This document shows, piece after piece, positions 22,281 through 36,505 of a stretch of DNA of 64,000 nucleotides (within the stretch, counting starts at the first letter, position 1; each line of letters opens with the position of its first letter). This DNA comes from Octopus vulgaris (taxonomy: Eukaryota), in contig OX597818.1 of assembly GCA_951406725.2 (NCBI GenBank), positions 73,780,001 through 73,844,000 of the forward strand, in the 5' to 3' direction. The notes under the pieces are model-generated. The model made no database searches and had not been told where the DNA came from. It was given only the letters and a program-made list of their open reading frames with translations. The translations under genes and the position numbers were made by a program.

Positions 22281-22328
22281 TATATAATTAGGGTTCAGTA
22301 AAAAAATTCACTGAACCCTAATTATATA
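22281..22328. repeat. Perfect 19 bp-arm hairpin
   Basis: tatataattagggttcagt / actgaaccctaattatata with a 10 nt loop. Confidence 0.85.
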
Positions 22329-22599
22329 ACTTATTTGCATTTTTATATATATTTATGTCTTACCTATATATGTCTGTATATATATATTTTGCTATGTACA
22401 TACTTTTGTACGTTTTAGTGTATATATGTATATTATACATGGTTTCGTATGTGCATATACTGCTAAATCTATATGTAATCCAACGTGAAAGTTTTTTAAA
22501 CGTATATATGTGTGTATTGCATGTTTGCATTTTTGGGAAATCAGTGAGTTTTTGTCACTGGATAAATAAATATATATATATATATATATACGTATTTGC

Positions 22600-22795
22600 A
22601 TTGAGAACCACTTGCCATCACCAACCACTGATGACCGGTCAATACCCAAAAACTCGGGTCCGTGTGTATCACGTCAGGTTGGAGATGGGAAAGATGACTT
22701 CCATTTGCCAATACTGAAAGGGCACAGAGAGTGTGTCAATAGCCAGCTAGAGGAAATGTCTCCATGGGGCTACAAGCTACAGTAGCATCACATTT
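22600..22795 (+). mobile_element. Diverged single relative of the 359 bp unit, degenerate hammerhead plus downstream domain
   Basis: cca CTGATGA ccggtcaataccc AAAAA CTCGGG TC cgtgtgt, then gacttccatttgc...agggcac...gtgtc...tggggcta..gctacagtagca, colinear with the array minus strand. Confidence 0.7.
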
Positions 22796-23614
22796 AGGGG
22801 GTAAATATAATTCTTGATGACATGAAGGTACTGTTAATACTTCGCTCAGAAATTTATTATTAATTGATTAATATTTTAGAAATATATATTTACACTGAGT
22901 ATTTAGACACTGTCCTTGTTTTTGATTTAAGATTTTCTCCGATCGTATAATAAGATGCTTTTGTATCCAATTTTGTTCATTGCATGCAACTGGTTATTGT
23001 GAAGACCGTTAGTTGAAAGGACCAATTAAAAGAAGACATTTTCAATTATGTATCCATTAAACTAATTGTATATGTTCGCATATAACCCTATTTTGTTCCA
23101 TTTTAAACAAAAATGTCCGACGAACAGGAACGTGAAATATATATATCAGTATTCGCAGCACTGGTCTGCATAACTACCGAACATCAATCGGCAGTAAATC
23201 TTTCAATCTATTAAATGTATATCAGAACTCACCTTCGGATGAGTCGTTAGTAACTTGTCATCTACGAATTTCAGCCGACTGTTCTGGATACCTCTTCGAA
23301 GATCAGATGGAAGATGTCCGTGAGGACTTTGTTCTTAGAACCCACTCAAGATAAATGGGCGAAGAGGAATAAGATGAGATATTTTGTAGTATTATTTCCA
23401 CTGCGTAGCACTTCTCGTACCTCTCTTGAAATGGAAATATTAGGTGTCCATTTTATTTCTGTTCGAGTGTGTGTATTTTTGTGTGTGTTTATATGATGTG
23501 TAAATGTGTGTGTTAATTGCCAACCATATCCCATTACTTCCATGTGTAATTTTTCAAGAATATAATAAAGGTGTCTTAATTCTATTGTTATTACACCATA
23601 GTTGAAATTTGTGA

Positions 23615-23820
23615 TCTGGCCGAATCCTTAGCAAGTCGAACTAACTGCTATGCGGTGGCACTCCTTCCTGCTTTTCACGTTCTAAGTTACACTGAGCAGA
23701 GGACGAATATTTTTTCTTCGTTACCCTTTCAGAATTGGTAAGTACCATTTAAATACTGAGGTTGATTTAATCTCCTTTCTCATTCACTAAAATTTCAGGT
23801 TTCGTGTCAAAATTTGAAAT
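23615..23820 (+). mobile_element. SINE family A, degenerate
   Basis: ctggccgaatccttagcaagtcg...acgttctaagtt...taagtacca...aaaatttgaaa. Confidence 0.55.
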
Positions 23821-24357
23821 AATCATTATTCCTCTGTTGTTCACTTTTTTAAATATGTTTCAATTATATTGTTAAGACTTTAAAGTAATAGGTCCTCTGA
23901 TTTACGTATTGTTCATCGGAGAAAAATATCCACGAAGAGGTTGTGTAAAAGACATTGTTTACATTTATTTGAAGGGTTTAATTCAGTTTTACACGAACAA
24001 GTTTCTTTAGTTCGGTGCCCTTACTGTTGTGTTTCTTTAGTTATAATATTGTATTTAAGTTTCGATATCTTCAAACAACTCGTAGATAACGTTTACATTA
24101 TTTTCATTCAATTTCTAATACATATGGCTGCTACGACAATGGTCATGTTGCATTCACAAAGCATTTCTAGGTATATTACACGTTATACTAACACTAAAGT
24201 CAGAGCTAAACATCATTATCAATTTTTCCTGGATCTATTACATTTTCAATTACAAACTCACACACACGCACACACACATATACACACACACACTCATACA
24301 CCCGAGCACACATATACGTGCACACATATACGTGCACACATATACGTGCACACACAT

Positions 24358-24391
<34 letters not shown>

Positions 24392-24988
24392 ATAAATATA
24401 AAGAAAGAGAGAACAAGGCATAAGCATTCATATATACATTTGTATGCATACACACACATATATGATGCGTGTGCGTGCGTGTTTGTGTGTAAGTCTATGC
24501 ATGTGCGCATGTAACTGCGTATAAATGCGTGTACGTATGCATGTATGTATGCATATATGTATGTATCAGATTTTAAATTTCACATGATATTAACTTAGTA
24601 TCATGTTCGCTCAGGGCAATATCACTATGTGCTAAGATGACGATTCTATAATGAAACTATGGGCATGTGTGTCCTAATAAACATGCATAAAGATATATAC
24701 AATTCAGCTAAGATAAATCCAGGTTTTACATGTTTATAGACGATCGTGTTATATGTTTATGCTGGTGTGTATTAGTTTACGCACATCTTTATATATATAT
24801 ATATATATTTCCAGATATTTTCCAACGATATGCTTAAATTAACCAACGAATTGATATGCTTAAAGCTATATGTCTTCCGTATCGTGTTAGATTTATGTAA
24901 GACAAGTAACATACACAGTGTGTGACAGTGTACACCAATCGCGCACAATACACGTATGCAAATTACATAAATACCCACACACACTCAT

Positions 24989-25019
<31 letters not shown>

Positions 25020-25673
25020 CATACATTTAGATAGATAGAAAGATAGATAGACAGCGTATGAGTGTGTGTGTGTGTGTGTGTGTGTTTGTCAGTGTGTAAT
25101 TAATAGATAGACACAGAAGGATAGACAGACAGACAGATAAATAGAGAGAGAGAGACAAGTATTGACTTTTACAAGGAAATAGTATCCTGTAATTAAAAAG
25201 TTTTGACTTGTTCTGCTTTATCAGACTTTGATGAAGGCGATTAACCTTTTCCTAAAAGAAAGTTAATATATATAAACCATAATAAACATTATTGAATAAT
25301 CCATTTGTTTAACATTAAATAGCTTTTTATATGTAACTTGATATAACAACGAACCGGCACACGCATACGCATAATCGAGTACACACACATATATACCCAT
25401 ATACACACACTTCCACACATACCCACACATATACACATATGTATACACAGACACATACAAAACACACATATACATATATATATTTGAGAAGTACAGACTT
25501 AGACTCTGTATCGGCTTCTAGCCTCTTTTCTCCACTACAGATTTATCTTACCCATTTTCTAAAGCAGTTTTCACAGCCATCCTTCTGCCTTCGAGATTTT
25601 CTTGATTTTCTTCTAATATGTGCATTCACTCAAGAAGCAGTAGCAAACATTTCGTAATACTACAGGTGAAGCG

Positions 25674-25720
<47 letters not shown>

Positions 25721-25863
25721 GCAATAAAGATTCAAGTTAATTTAAATGAATTTACTTGAATATGGTACCTAACTTAGATGCACCAAAAAAAACTATACTG
25801 ATTTAACAATACAGTAATGTGGGGTGATTATAAGCGAGAATGAAGCAACAAGAATGGATAGGT

Positions 25864-25954
25864 TTTTAGTACAATCGTTTCATACAAGGACAGGTTTTAT
25901 TAAAAGTTGCAAAAATTACAGCATATAAACGTGTCCCGTACTCATCAGCTAAAA
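25864..25954 (-). ncRNA. Type I hammerhead ribozyme, canonical core
   Basis: ttttag CTGATGA gtacgggaca...tgtccttgtat GAAA CGATTG TA ctaaaa; GUA cut between 25870 and 25869. Confidence 0.88.
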
Positions 25955-27449
25955 TACATGTGAGTTCTCTAGACATCCTAGTGGTTGAGGCTATACTCAT
26001 GAAGTAATGTAGATAATTAAGTAACATAAACAGATTTCAAAAGTTCATTAAAGTTCTTTAAAGATGATGTACAGTCTTATCACAGAATTTTAAAAAGTCT
26101 TAATAGCATCACAGAGAAGGTGACCTAATCCATAGTGCACATATGAATTTCCAGAGATATGATGAGGGATTACATACTCACAGAAGACAAATTTATCCAT
26201 TGTTAATTACAACGAGGTGGGTTTCAATTCCTGCTTATTAGCATTACAGAGAGGGTGAATTAATCCTTTGTATAGATGCACAATTTCCAATGGTGTAGGT
26301 GTAAATTTCCAAGGAATTTCATATTCACAGGCGATAAATTTATCAATGGTTGAACACAATGAGGTAGGTATCAATTCTTGCTATATGATTAGGTATTTGC
26401 CACATTAATCACATTACTGCTATTTACAAGAGGCTGTAGCTATTTAACTTTTAAAGGCTGAAGGGCTTACTAGAGCTGTATAGAATAGAAAAGGGAAGGG
26501 CATAGAAGAAAAGAGAGAAAATAAAGGAGGAGGGAGCAAAAAGGGGGGGGACTCAAAGAGAAGAGAAAAGGAAAAAGAGAATAAGAAGAAGAAAAAGAAA
26601 AAAGAGAAAAGAGAAAGAAATAGGGAAGGAAGGGAAAAAAAGAAAAAAAGAAAAAAAGAAAAAAGAAGAAAGAAGAAAGAAGAAAGAAAAAGAAAAAAAG
26701 AGGGTTCTAGTTATACAGAAGAATTAGTAGACGGCAAGTCTGGTTTTAATTTACAGGCATCTAGGAATTAGAGGAGAATATTATTCTTTGACCAGTTAAA
26801 ACAGCTAATTTATTGCTGTTGAAATCAGCTATGAATTTAAAGAGAATCTAAAGAGATAACACAGTTAGGGGTTTCGGGGTCAGATGCTAAAATCACCAGA
26901 AAATACATTAGGAAAAACTAGGTATAATCTTATCAAAAAGTCATTAAAATTTACTTATTTAATTTATTCATTTTATTGTCTTAAGGAGTTGCCGTTATTA
27001 TTCATACAATGACGGACTACAGGTCAAATCTTAGAAGATCATTTAAAAGGTGTTAGGGGATTGTCTATCATAATGAAGATAATCATATTATCACCGAGGG
27101 AATAGCCTTATTTATGTAATTTTGAAATAGAATTATGGGTCTATGGTAACTCATTTTAATTAATTAGAGTTATGCTAATTAAATTAGATTAAGTTAGGAA
27201 CTAAAATTAAAAATTACAATTAAGATTTAAAATTAAGAATTTAAAAATTTAAAAATTGTGAGTTTGAAATTAAATAAAGCCTCAATTAAGCAGCGAATAA
27301 GTGCTATTCATTTCCCTGTTCTCAAAAAACTGATGCAGATATAAGGAAAAAGATAACTGTAGTGTGAGAACTCTTAGTTATCTACTTAAAGCAGTGCTAT
27401 ACCAGTAGAAATCAGGTTATATCTATCTATCTAGTTACGAATATTCTAA

Positions 27450-27875
27450 TCATTTAAAATATTTTAAAGTCTTCAATTTAGCGTGGACACAAACTTGACC
27501 TAGTTCGATATGGTTATTCAATAGGTTTCTATGTTTTCTATGCTTTAGAATTTCATATGTCTCCATGGAGCATAGTTGGCAACCAACCCTACTATTTTTA
27601 TACGGAATTGCTCTCCTAACTATTTCCCAATTAAGGTTATAATTTTTATTATTATTTTTGAGTTCCCAGATTTTGTTTGAAAGTGTGGTGGTACCAGCTT
27701 TATGACGTAATTTAAAAGTCGAGATGTGATTTCTAACTCTAGCTAAAAAATTAATTGTACATCCAATGTAATAATATTTGTTATTCTCCGTGGATATGGT
27801 ACATTTATAGATTACATTATTTTCCCCACATAGACCAGGTGCCGGGCATTTTGATTTTATTCTACACTTACACAC
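27450..27875 (-). CDS. Penelope-type GIY-YIG endonuclease domain (C-terminal remnant of PLE ORF)
   Basis: CKCR.K.KCP..G.C....VIYKC......YYIGCT..F..R..NH...F....T.LS..IWELK.......WEIV..A..Y.......C.LC..E...I......LLN.....C.H. Open frame over this stretch but 5'-truncated. Confidence 0.88.
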   Translation of the reverse strand: MCKCRIKSKCPAPGLCGENNVIYKCTISTENNKYYYIGCTINFLARVRNHISTFKLRHKAGTTTLSNKIWELKNNNKNYNLNWEIVRRAIPYKNSRVGCQLCSMETYEILKHRKHRNLLNNHIELGQVCVHAKLKTLKYFK

Positions 27876-28080
27876 AGGAGGAACACCTTCAGGCTTTGGA
27901 TTATTCTTGGGTAGATGTTTTAGGTTCCTATTATTTTGATTATCATTTCTATAGTTGGTGCTGATATCTAAAGTATTGCTATTATTTCTTGATCCTTCTG
28001 TTTCATTATTTAGATCTAAAGTCCTACCATGATTTCTTATATTATTGGTAATGTTAATATTATTGCTAGTCTTTTTATCC

Positions 28081-28131
<51 letters not shown>

Positions 28132-29159
28132 TATGCACACACACGCTGGAAGCATAAGTACTCCGATACATGGGTTTCATGCGAAACAAAATAATACAAC
28201 TTAATCGTTCAGCATTTATTGCAAGCCACAAGCAAGATGGTGAAAGTTATATGTTAACAGGCAAGAAACACCTCCACTCAATAGCTTTCTGTGAGGTATT
28301 TTGCTTTTCAAACTCAAGTCTTTATATGGAGGACTAAAAAGAGGAATTAAAGACGTATTATGAAATAAGATTTGGAAAGAGTCACGTTTCTGTACAGGTG
28401 TCTATATTGGTGTTGTACTCTGGTTTAAATGAAGTGATGTACAGTCATCTATATTCGATTTGATGTTCTTCGTATAAACAGTTGATTTATTTTCAGTAAA
28501 TTCAGTTTTCACAATAAAATATTGCAACGGTGGGATGCATATATCTAATTTTGCATAAATGTACGGACACATGTTCTCACTCAAGCATATGTAAACACGC
28601 GCACACGCACAGGAATATACATATAATGAGACACATATTCACACACAGTATTTGACTTATAAACATCGGCATTTTTCAGTTAACCGGTGTGAGCGCTACT
28701 ATAGACATCAGCTATTCAAATTGCAGCAAAATAAATAAATAGATGCATTTATAAGATGGCCTATAACTCATGCACTGCTTTTGGCTAAACACGACCTCAT
28801 ATTACTAATGCACGAAACTCCATGTGATTAAGCATAAAAAGAGGAAAAAGAAACTTTGGTTTCTGGAACAGACGAAATAATTCTCAGATAACAATGCGAG
28901 AAAGATGATGAAAAGTAAACAGCGAAATAAATATATATTAACTAATATGAAATAAGAGATATAAGATAAATATTGATAACGTGGACAGTGGCTCAGTTAC
29001 AAACATTGAGAATATAAAATTGTATCAGCGTGGGCTGGTTAAAAGTTGAAGGTGAGATCAATATAAGGGGATTTCTAAAATTATTAATTCTATAAAGAAT
29101 TGTTCAGTACTTGAAAATATGTAAATGGGTGATTAAACAAAGAATTAAATAAATCATTA

Positions 29160-29342
29160 GTTTCAAATTTTGACACAGGGTTAGCAATTTAGGGAGTTGG
29201 AATAAGTCGATTACATCGACCCCATTGCTCAACTGGAACTTATTCTATCGATTCCGGAAGAATTTGAACTAGCAATGTAAAGACGCCGACAAATGTTGCT
29301 AGGCCTGATGTGCTACTGATTCTACCAGCTCGCCACCTCAAG
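29160..29342 (-). mobile_element. SINE family A
   Basis: tttcaaattttgacacagg...agtcgattacatcgaccc...gctcaactggaactta...attctaccagctcgccacct is the reverse complement of the 4749 family. Confidence 0.7.
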
Positions 29343-32300
29343 GATTAAATAAATTATTATTAACTAGGAATAATGCAAGAATATATAAAATTTTAAAACG
29401 GTGTAACTATCATTTAGAAATCAAGGGAAATTTTCTAACAGAGAGTAAAGTACTGAAAATAATTGCTACAGATTAAAAATTAATGATTTGAAGACTGACA
29501 TTAAGTTTTACCGCTGCTATTCAAACACTCATCATATATGAATAGTATTAATACAAACATGTCACTAATTGCATTATTGAGTCACGCGATGCTGGAGCAA
29601 AGCTATCTCCATTGTATATGTTGAGTATATTAAAATATAAACTTAATAGCATTGTTAGTTAGTCCTTACATATTACAATGAAATAGATGATTGTTCTAAC
29701 TAAAGCTGTTTCTACATCGAATATGCAGTTAGAGGAAAAGCTTGTATATATATTTTAGGCAAATGTACATACAAACACATCACTTTTGAACTCCTTGAAG
29801 AGCGCTCATGCAGTCGACGCATATCATACCAGTAGCTAACCACATTAACTTTATAGCTGATTGTAGATCATAAAAAATTCATGAACGTATTCTAGAATAA
29901 TACGGTAAACACTACCCAGGAAATAGCTTGATATATCACCATACTGTTTTATGAAGTTCAGGGCATTCGCAAATTAATATATTCCCAAGATATTTACAAT
30001 AGTTTTTTTTTATTCTTCATAATGTTCTGGTCTGTATTTCGGATTATCGGAGACATTTTCTTTCGGATTATCGGATACGTTCTCTCTGTGCAGTTATGTT
30101 GGGTAGTGTGTTCGATAAATACATCAAATTAGATTTTTCTAACGAGATTTCTTCTTTAAAAATATTGGTTTCTGCTGTGTTTAAATTATTTTGTTCAATA
30201 ACAAAATGATATAATGCATATAGTAATATTGTCTACGAGGCTGTTACAGGTATATAATTTTGTCAATTTTCACAAAACACGTTCGTGATTCTTGCGACGA
30301 TTATATTACTTTATTTTGGAATGTGTAAGTTCCATTAATAAAATTCAAGTTCTATAATAATAATTTTTGATATCTTTCACCATTTTTAGTAAAATATTAT
30401 ATTCAACACAGCTGCACACTAAATTTTTCTTGCCTCATCATCATCTCTACACTCTACAATACATTGCTGCGGTTGGCATCCTGTTAAGAGCCATGAATGT
30501 TTACTCTGCAGAATCCACCTAGTCCAATCTTCATGCATAAGCGAGCCAAAACTAACCAAGAGCTAGATACATACTGACTACTCTTATCTGGGTGTAGCCC
30601 GCCAGTCCAAGCCATTTACTCTCAGTGGCCATTATTGTATGTGAACAGACACTTGGAGCCACAGATGTGATTTGGAAGCCAGATAGAGACCAAATAGGAC
30701 GAACTATTGCTTAGACTGCGACTTGTTAGCTCTTCAAAAGTCCAATATAGCTATGATTAAATCGTGTATCCATCAATACATATGTACACGTATGTATGTA
30801 ATATGTATATATATATATGTGTGTGTACATGTATGTAAATGTTATAATGTTTTAGTTGTGTAATATATCATGCTATATGCGATAGGTTGATGAACCATTT
30901 ACACAATATATTTCAAAAGGAATATTTGGTTACATATATTTTTACAGTAATTCATGTATGTGAGTTAGTGTGTGTGTGATAAAACATGTTTCCATTTGTG
31001 TTTGTATATATACACAAGCATGTTCGTTTGTTATTATGTGTATAACTGTATACTTGTGAGAGACTCATACATGTCTGTATATAAGCGTACACTTATATAT
31101 GTGTACGTAGACAAGAGACAAACAGCTCGGATGTCGCCAGTATACAAGTAAATATCTGACTGAAAAGATATAGTTCGTCCTGCAGCCGTCTTTGTGTGGA
31201 AAGTGATTAAATATAAGGCCATAATTTACTGAGTAACGAAATTTTCTAAACTATAAGTATGACCCCATAGATTTAGTATATATTATTAGTACTGCTTATG
31301 TTTTTTCTGGGTTTTTTGTTTTAGTATTTGTAATTTTGATAGGTATGTAGTCACACAAATAGATATGATTACTAATTAACTGAATTCCACACATCGTCTG
31401 AAACAATTAATTCTCACCTGCGTAAAATTTATTAATCTAATATGTTTGGACAATTCAGTCTAGACAGAGCAAGATAGCAAAATTCGAGACATATTTTGAA
31501 ACTGCTAATTCTCATGTTCATAATATACACGACACTAGGGAAACGCGCTCTATTCGAAGAAACAACTGTATTCCAAGTGGGAAACTTCAAAATATCACGA
31601 ATTACCTCCTCAATGTCACTGCTCCAATGCAGCAAATATTCGACAATTAGAATATGAAAATGGTAATTACTGAAGTTCTGACTAGCTGCTATGACGAAGA
31701 ACGATCAACGAAAAATCTATCAAAGACTTAGGGGATAATTTCAGACCAAAATGATATCCCTTGCTACGAATGTGATTTTTCGGTGTTGAAATATAGCTCA
31801 CTATAATGTATGTACGAACAACACTTTCCGGTTTAGGCGTCTTCCAAAAATTATAGGAAAACGTCACAGTAAAAAGAATTGAAAATAGACTATCTAGATA
31901 GGTTCTATCAGCTAGTAAATTATCACGAGAGAACCTAAGACAAATTTTGAACAGAACCAGATGCATTCGTATGAATAAAAGGTATCGCTGAAAACCTGGT
32001 CGTAACACTTGATCTCCGTCTCGCTTCTGTAAAATACTATGAAACCATCTCGGAATAACGAAATAATCTAAATAACATTCGAAGTATGCAAGTACGTATC
32101 CTAAGCTATCCCATCATGACCTAGTTGAATCCAACCGGTCATGCTACTACCCGTCACTAGTATACGACCCCTCTGTACATCTTGGGTCCGCATAATCGAT
32201 AGAATTGATGTGACGTTTTATATTGTACATCTGAACAATGTCAAGGATAGGTGAGTATGAAAGTTTTCCGTTCTAATCTTTCAACTCCTCTTACACGAAT

Positions 32301-32934
32301 GATCACATTTTCACTCTAAAATTACTACATCACACGTCTAGTTCTCATCCTCATTTCATCTATTTTGCTTTTTCTTTTCCCCTTTCTTCCTCTCACTATA
32401 TTCCCTAAGTATGCATACGTGCATTATATCGTGACCTTATGAATTGCAGCCAGTCACTCAAACATACAGGTGGTGAAATTCTGTTGTCTTTTGTTTTCTC
32501 CTTCAAGTATCATGTTCGATGCAAAAAGCACTATCATAGAAAGCAAAATCCGAGTATCAAAATATACAAAACCGAAATATTAGAAAAAGAAAATCAAGGA
32601 AGTTTACACTCTTAGAATTTTTTATGCTTTATTTTTTATCTATTTTCAGTACTAGCTTTTCTATTCGGGTGAACTCACCATCTTGTTACTGTAGCTGACT
32701 TAGAAATACCGTGCGACAATGTAAATTTCATAACTGTAAGGAGAGCTTGGTGATTAGCTAGTTTCAGTAGAATTCGGTGCATAACAATTTCATCATTAGC
32801 TTCAGCTAGTTAAGAAACATAAGTAGCATACATTTTAACAGTTTTAGTTCTTCGATTAGGATATGTGTAAGTGTGTGTGCGTACGTGCGTGTGTATGCGT
32901 GGGGGGGGGGTTATATATATATATATATATAAAA

Positions 32935-33796
32935 TTAAAGGATGAAATCATTAAAGTTAATGAATTTTATCGGTGGTCAGCATATAAAAAATAACGTTTT
33001 GGTTAAAACTCATATATACAGATATACAAAAGTATAGAATACAATTTATAATTAAAGGCACAGAAGCTACCATGCTTGTATGTTAGAAGTAGACGCCAAA
33101 TACGTCCAGCCTCTATAAGTTTTTTTCAATTCATTATACACAGGTTGGAATTGGGAAAGTGGACCGAACGAAAATTCTTAAATTAAGTCAGATAGAGATA
33201 GTTCTGGATTCATCAATTTCTGAATTAGTTTATAAATTTTTCTTCATCAGCAGAACATACTGGGCGAAATAAATGAAAATGTTTATATTTACCCATAGAA
33301 AAGCACTCGCATGATAACATCTGTGTCCTTAATTATTATTGCATTCTATACAAGTATATATCTCTATATGAATTTTACCAAAAATGTTAATTTTTTATAT
33401 GCTGGCCTGGTAAAATTCATTAATTGTAAGAATATTATACTTTAGTAATGTTTAGATGTATCTAATTCACTTCGGGACAGTTAATTTACTTCTGTACTAT
33501 TCTGACCAAATACACACTTGTTGAGATGGACTACAAAATTCGATGCATACATCTTTGTAAATATTAGTATGTACTCACATTTTGCGTCTGCTTTGCTGTA
33601 GGCATGTATAGATATTTTCATTTATCTCGTCAAACATGTTCTGTTGGTGGAAGAAGAGTTATTAAACTAATCCAGAAACTGATCAATCCAGAACTACCTT
33701 TTGTATTATGAAGTGCAAACTTATAATGGCTGCACGTGATTGGCGTCTACTTCTAGCATACAGACATGGCAGCTTCAGTGCCCTTAATTATAATTA
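32935..33796 (+). mobile_element. Old about 455 bp-unit hammerhead element with inverted 5' part
   Basis: 32935-33063 is inverted versus 33323-33443; 33047-33097 versus 33740-33793; 33201-33256 versus 33638-33694. Flanked by (TA)n and (TC)n. Confidence 0.75.
33201..33256 (-). ncRNA. Hammerhead ribozyme (degenerate copy on + at 33638-33694)
   Basis: gttctg CTGATGA agaa...ttca GAAA TTGATGAA TC cagaac; the other copy has GAAA CTGATCAA TC, implying a palindromic TTGATCAA stem III. Confidence 0.7.
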
Positions 33797-33811
33797 AAGT
33801 CTATACAATTA

Positions 33812-33852
<41 letters not shown>

Positions 33853-33876
33853 ACACACACACACACACACATACAT

Positions 33877-33947
<71 letters not shown>

Positions 33948-34019
33948 CATACATATATGTGTATACATATTCAAACAGATGCATATTCGTATATATATGC
34001 ATTATTTATTTTTATGTCT

Positions 34020-34260
34020 TTAATCTTTTAACTTTTCCCTGTTTCAGTCATTAGACTGCATCCATACTGGGGCACCGGCTTCAATTTTTAGTCCAATATA
34101 TATATGACGGGCTTCTTTCAATTTCCATCAGCCACATCCACTCACAAGGCTTCGGTCGGCCCAAGGCTATAGCAGAAGACACTTGCCCAGGGTGCTAATC
34201 TGAACTGAACACAGAACCACGTGGTTGCGAAGCAAGTTTCTTACCACATATCCTGCGCCT
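34020..34260 (-). mobile_element. SINE family B
   Basis: gtttcagtcattagactg...gacgggcttctttca...ccactcacaaggcttcggtcggccc...gaagacacttgccc...cttaccaca. Confidence 0.8.
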
Positions 34261-34292
34261 ACAAAAATATTTGTATCGGCCACTATGGGGCC

Positions 34293-34330
<38 letters not shown>

Positions 34331-34334
34331 ATAT

Positions 34335-34414
<80 letters not shown>

Positions 34415-34870
34415 TAATATTAAAATGTTAATACCTACGTACGTACCTGTGGTGTTTGTCGCACTTAGTTGCAAGGAAGTGGTAAAAAGAGATTAATAAA
34501 ACTAATTAAGCAGAAGTATAGTTCAAGTGAGAGGCAACGCAGCAGAATGGGAGTAAGGGGGAGTTAGAGAGAGAGAATGGAGATTAATAGCGCTGAGAGG
34601 TAAGAGAAATATAACGCGATAAGACGCAAGAGGACGATTAGAGGCAGAGAGACATAGAGGAGGGAGAGGGGAGGGAAGGTGAAGAGCGAGAGGGAGAGAG
34701 AGAGAGAGAGAGAGAGTTAGAAAGATAGACTGAGTGAAGGAAGCGAGTGTATAAAGAATAATTGTGAAAGAGAATGAAACCATTCTCATAGAGAAAACAC
34801 TGGAACACTTTTCGTTTTGAACGATATATGATAAGCCATATGACATGGTAATTGCAAAAAGAAATATTAC

Positions 34871-34925
<55 letters not shown>

Positions 34926-34946
34926 GACATTTATTCTGCCTGTCTA

Positions 34947-34979
<33 letters not shown>

Positions 34980-35373
34980 TTCTGCTTCTGTCTGTCTCTC
35001 TCTCTCAGCAAATAGCTCTGGATGTTACAGATACTTTTCTGCAATTGAAGGGAGAGGTAGAAAGAAAAAGAGAAATAAAAAAGTGTTAAGCAGGGGAAGG
35101 ATAGTTGAAATGAGTGGCAAAGTGAAAGAGAGGGGGTACAGAGCGTGAGTGAGAGAGAAAGAGAGTGAGTGAGAGGTGACTAAAAGAAAGGGGGCGCTCA
35201 TTTTCTGTTTTTAAATGTTTAAGTGTAGATAGACACATAACCACAGCAAACTGTATCCTCCTCCAATATCGGATATTATTTTTACTTTTCTACACTATAA
35301 TTGGATGTTGCATTTGAAGATGATTACATTTTTTGTATTTCGTAGAACTTCCTAAGGAACTGCTTATACATAA

Positions 35374-35480
35374 CTAGCAGAGATATCGGGCATTGCTCGG
35401 GATTAAAATGGCATCGTTTATATATACATTACAATTATGTTGAAACATGTGATACGGGAAAGTGCAGCATTGACGACAAA
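35374..35480 (-). mobile_element. Helitron 3' end fragment
   Basis: Minus strand cccgagcaatgcccga-tatctctg-CTAG, the same terminal hairpin as 18445-18472. Confidence 0.6.
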
Positions 35481-35904
35481 ACGTTGTGGAGTAAATGTTG
35501 GCTAATTCGACACCCGACGTGTCATGCGTCCATCTAAAACTGAAACATGTAAAACTTCCTGAGGACAGGACGTCTTCTATCTCTCTCTTCTATCTTTTCT
35601 CTTTTCAAAGAAAGTATTTCTTGACGTTCACTATTTTACACTCGATCTTGTCTAACAACACACCATGTTTGTTCTGTTTCTTTGTATGCCTCTACTGTCC
35701 TGTTTTCGTTCCCAGCATTGACCATCCATATATCAAAAAGTTTATTTTGGTATTTATGGAAGCAACTGTCTCCGAAGACTCAATGCAACAAAATGAGGAG
35801 TAGATAGAAATCCGACAACTGATGAAGGGTCATTCGTTGTGTTACTGGCGCTGTTTGCCTGGTGGTCTTGTTGTTTGCGTATTTAGCTCATTTGCTTTCG
35901 TATT

Positions 35905-36445
35905 TCCTGAGCAAGAAAGGCACAAATAATGCTGCAACTCTTTTCATTCGCAATTCCTCGCTCAATATTCGTTGGCAGGAACCCTAGGACTGACCAGTCT
36001 TATCAACAAGTTTGTCCTTTGTTCGATGATGGTTCTGTAAGGTCAGTTCATAAATTCTAATGACGTTTTCATTTGTTTAGGAGGTCGACGTTCGCTCTGA
36101 ACAAGATTGGCCTTCAAGCGACAAGTGACTATTCCTAAAGTGCGGAAGCCACTCTTAAACTTGTGTTTTGCTCATGGCAGCATCCTTGTAAGCTTTTTGG
36201 AGCATGACATCTATTTCGGCCGCCGTTTTCCCCGGTAGAATACAAAATTTCACCGTTCCTTCGTTTCAGCGATCGCAAAAATCGACGAAGAGTGGAGAAG
36301 CACTCCAAAGCAAAGACTACCACATGGCAGCATGACCGCAGACATCAATCTGAGAATTGCATCATGTGATTTCTAGCGGTAGAAGCCTGAACTTCAAGGG
36401 GCTTGTCCCACAGAGAACGTTTCCGGTTACTTTTAAGTACCTCAT
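35905..36445 (-). mobile_element. mariner 5' end and transposase fragment
   Basis: TA + gaggtacttaaaagtaaccggaa TIR-like end. LEGQSCSERTSTS*TNENV resembles EDxxRSGRPSTS; GSCQRILSEELRMKRVAALFVP resembles the WVP motif region. Confidence 0.7.
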
Positions 36446-36462
36446 ATATACATATATATTTA

Positions 36463-36499
<37 letters not shown>

Positions 36500-36505
<6 letters not shown>

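Larger units (their letters stand above)
25715..28085 (-). mobile_element. 5'-truncated Penelope-like element (GIY-YIG + long 3' region/pLTR)
   Basis: GIY-YIG ORF, AT-rich 3' region with an internal duplication of about 135 bp (26104-26383), a purine/pyrimidine tract, a hammerhead near the 3' end, and (TA)n on both sides. Confidence 0.85.
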
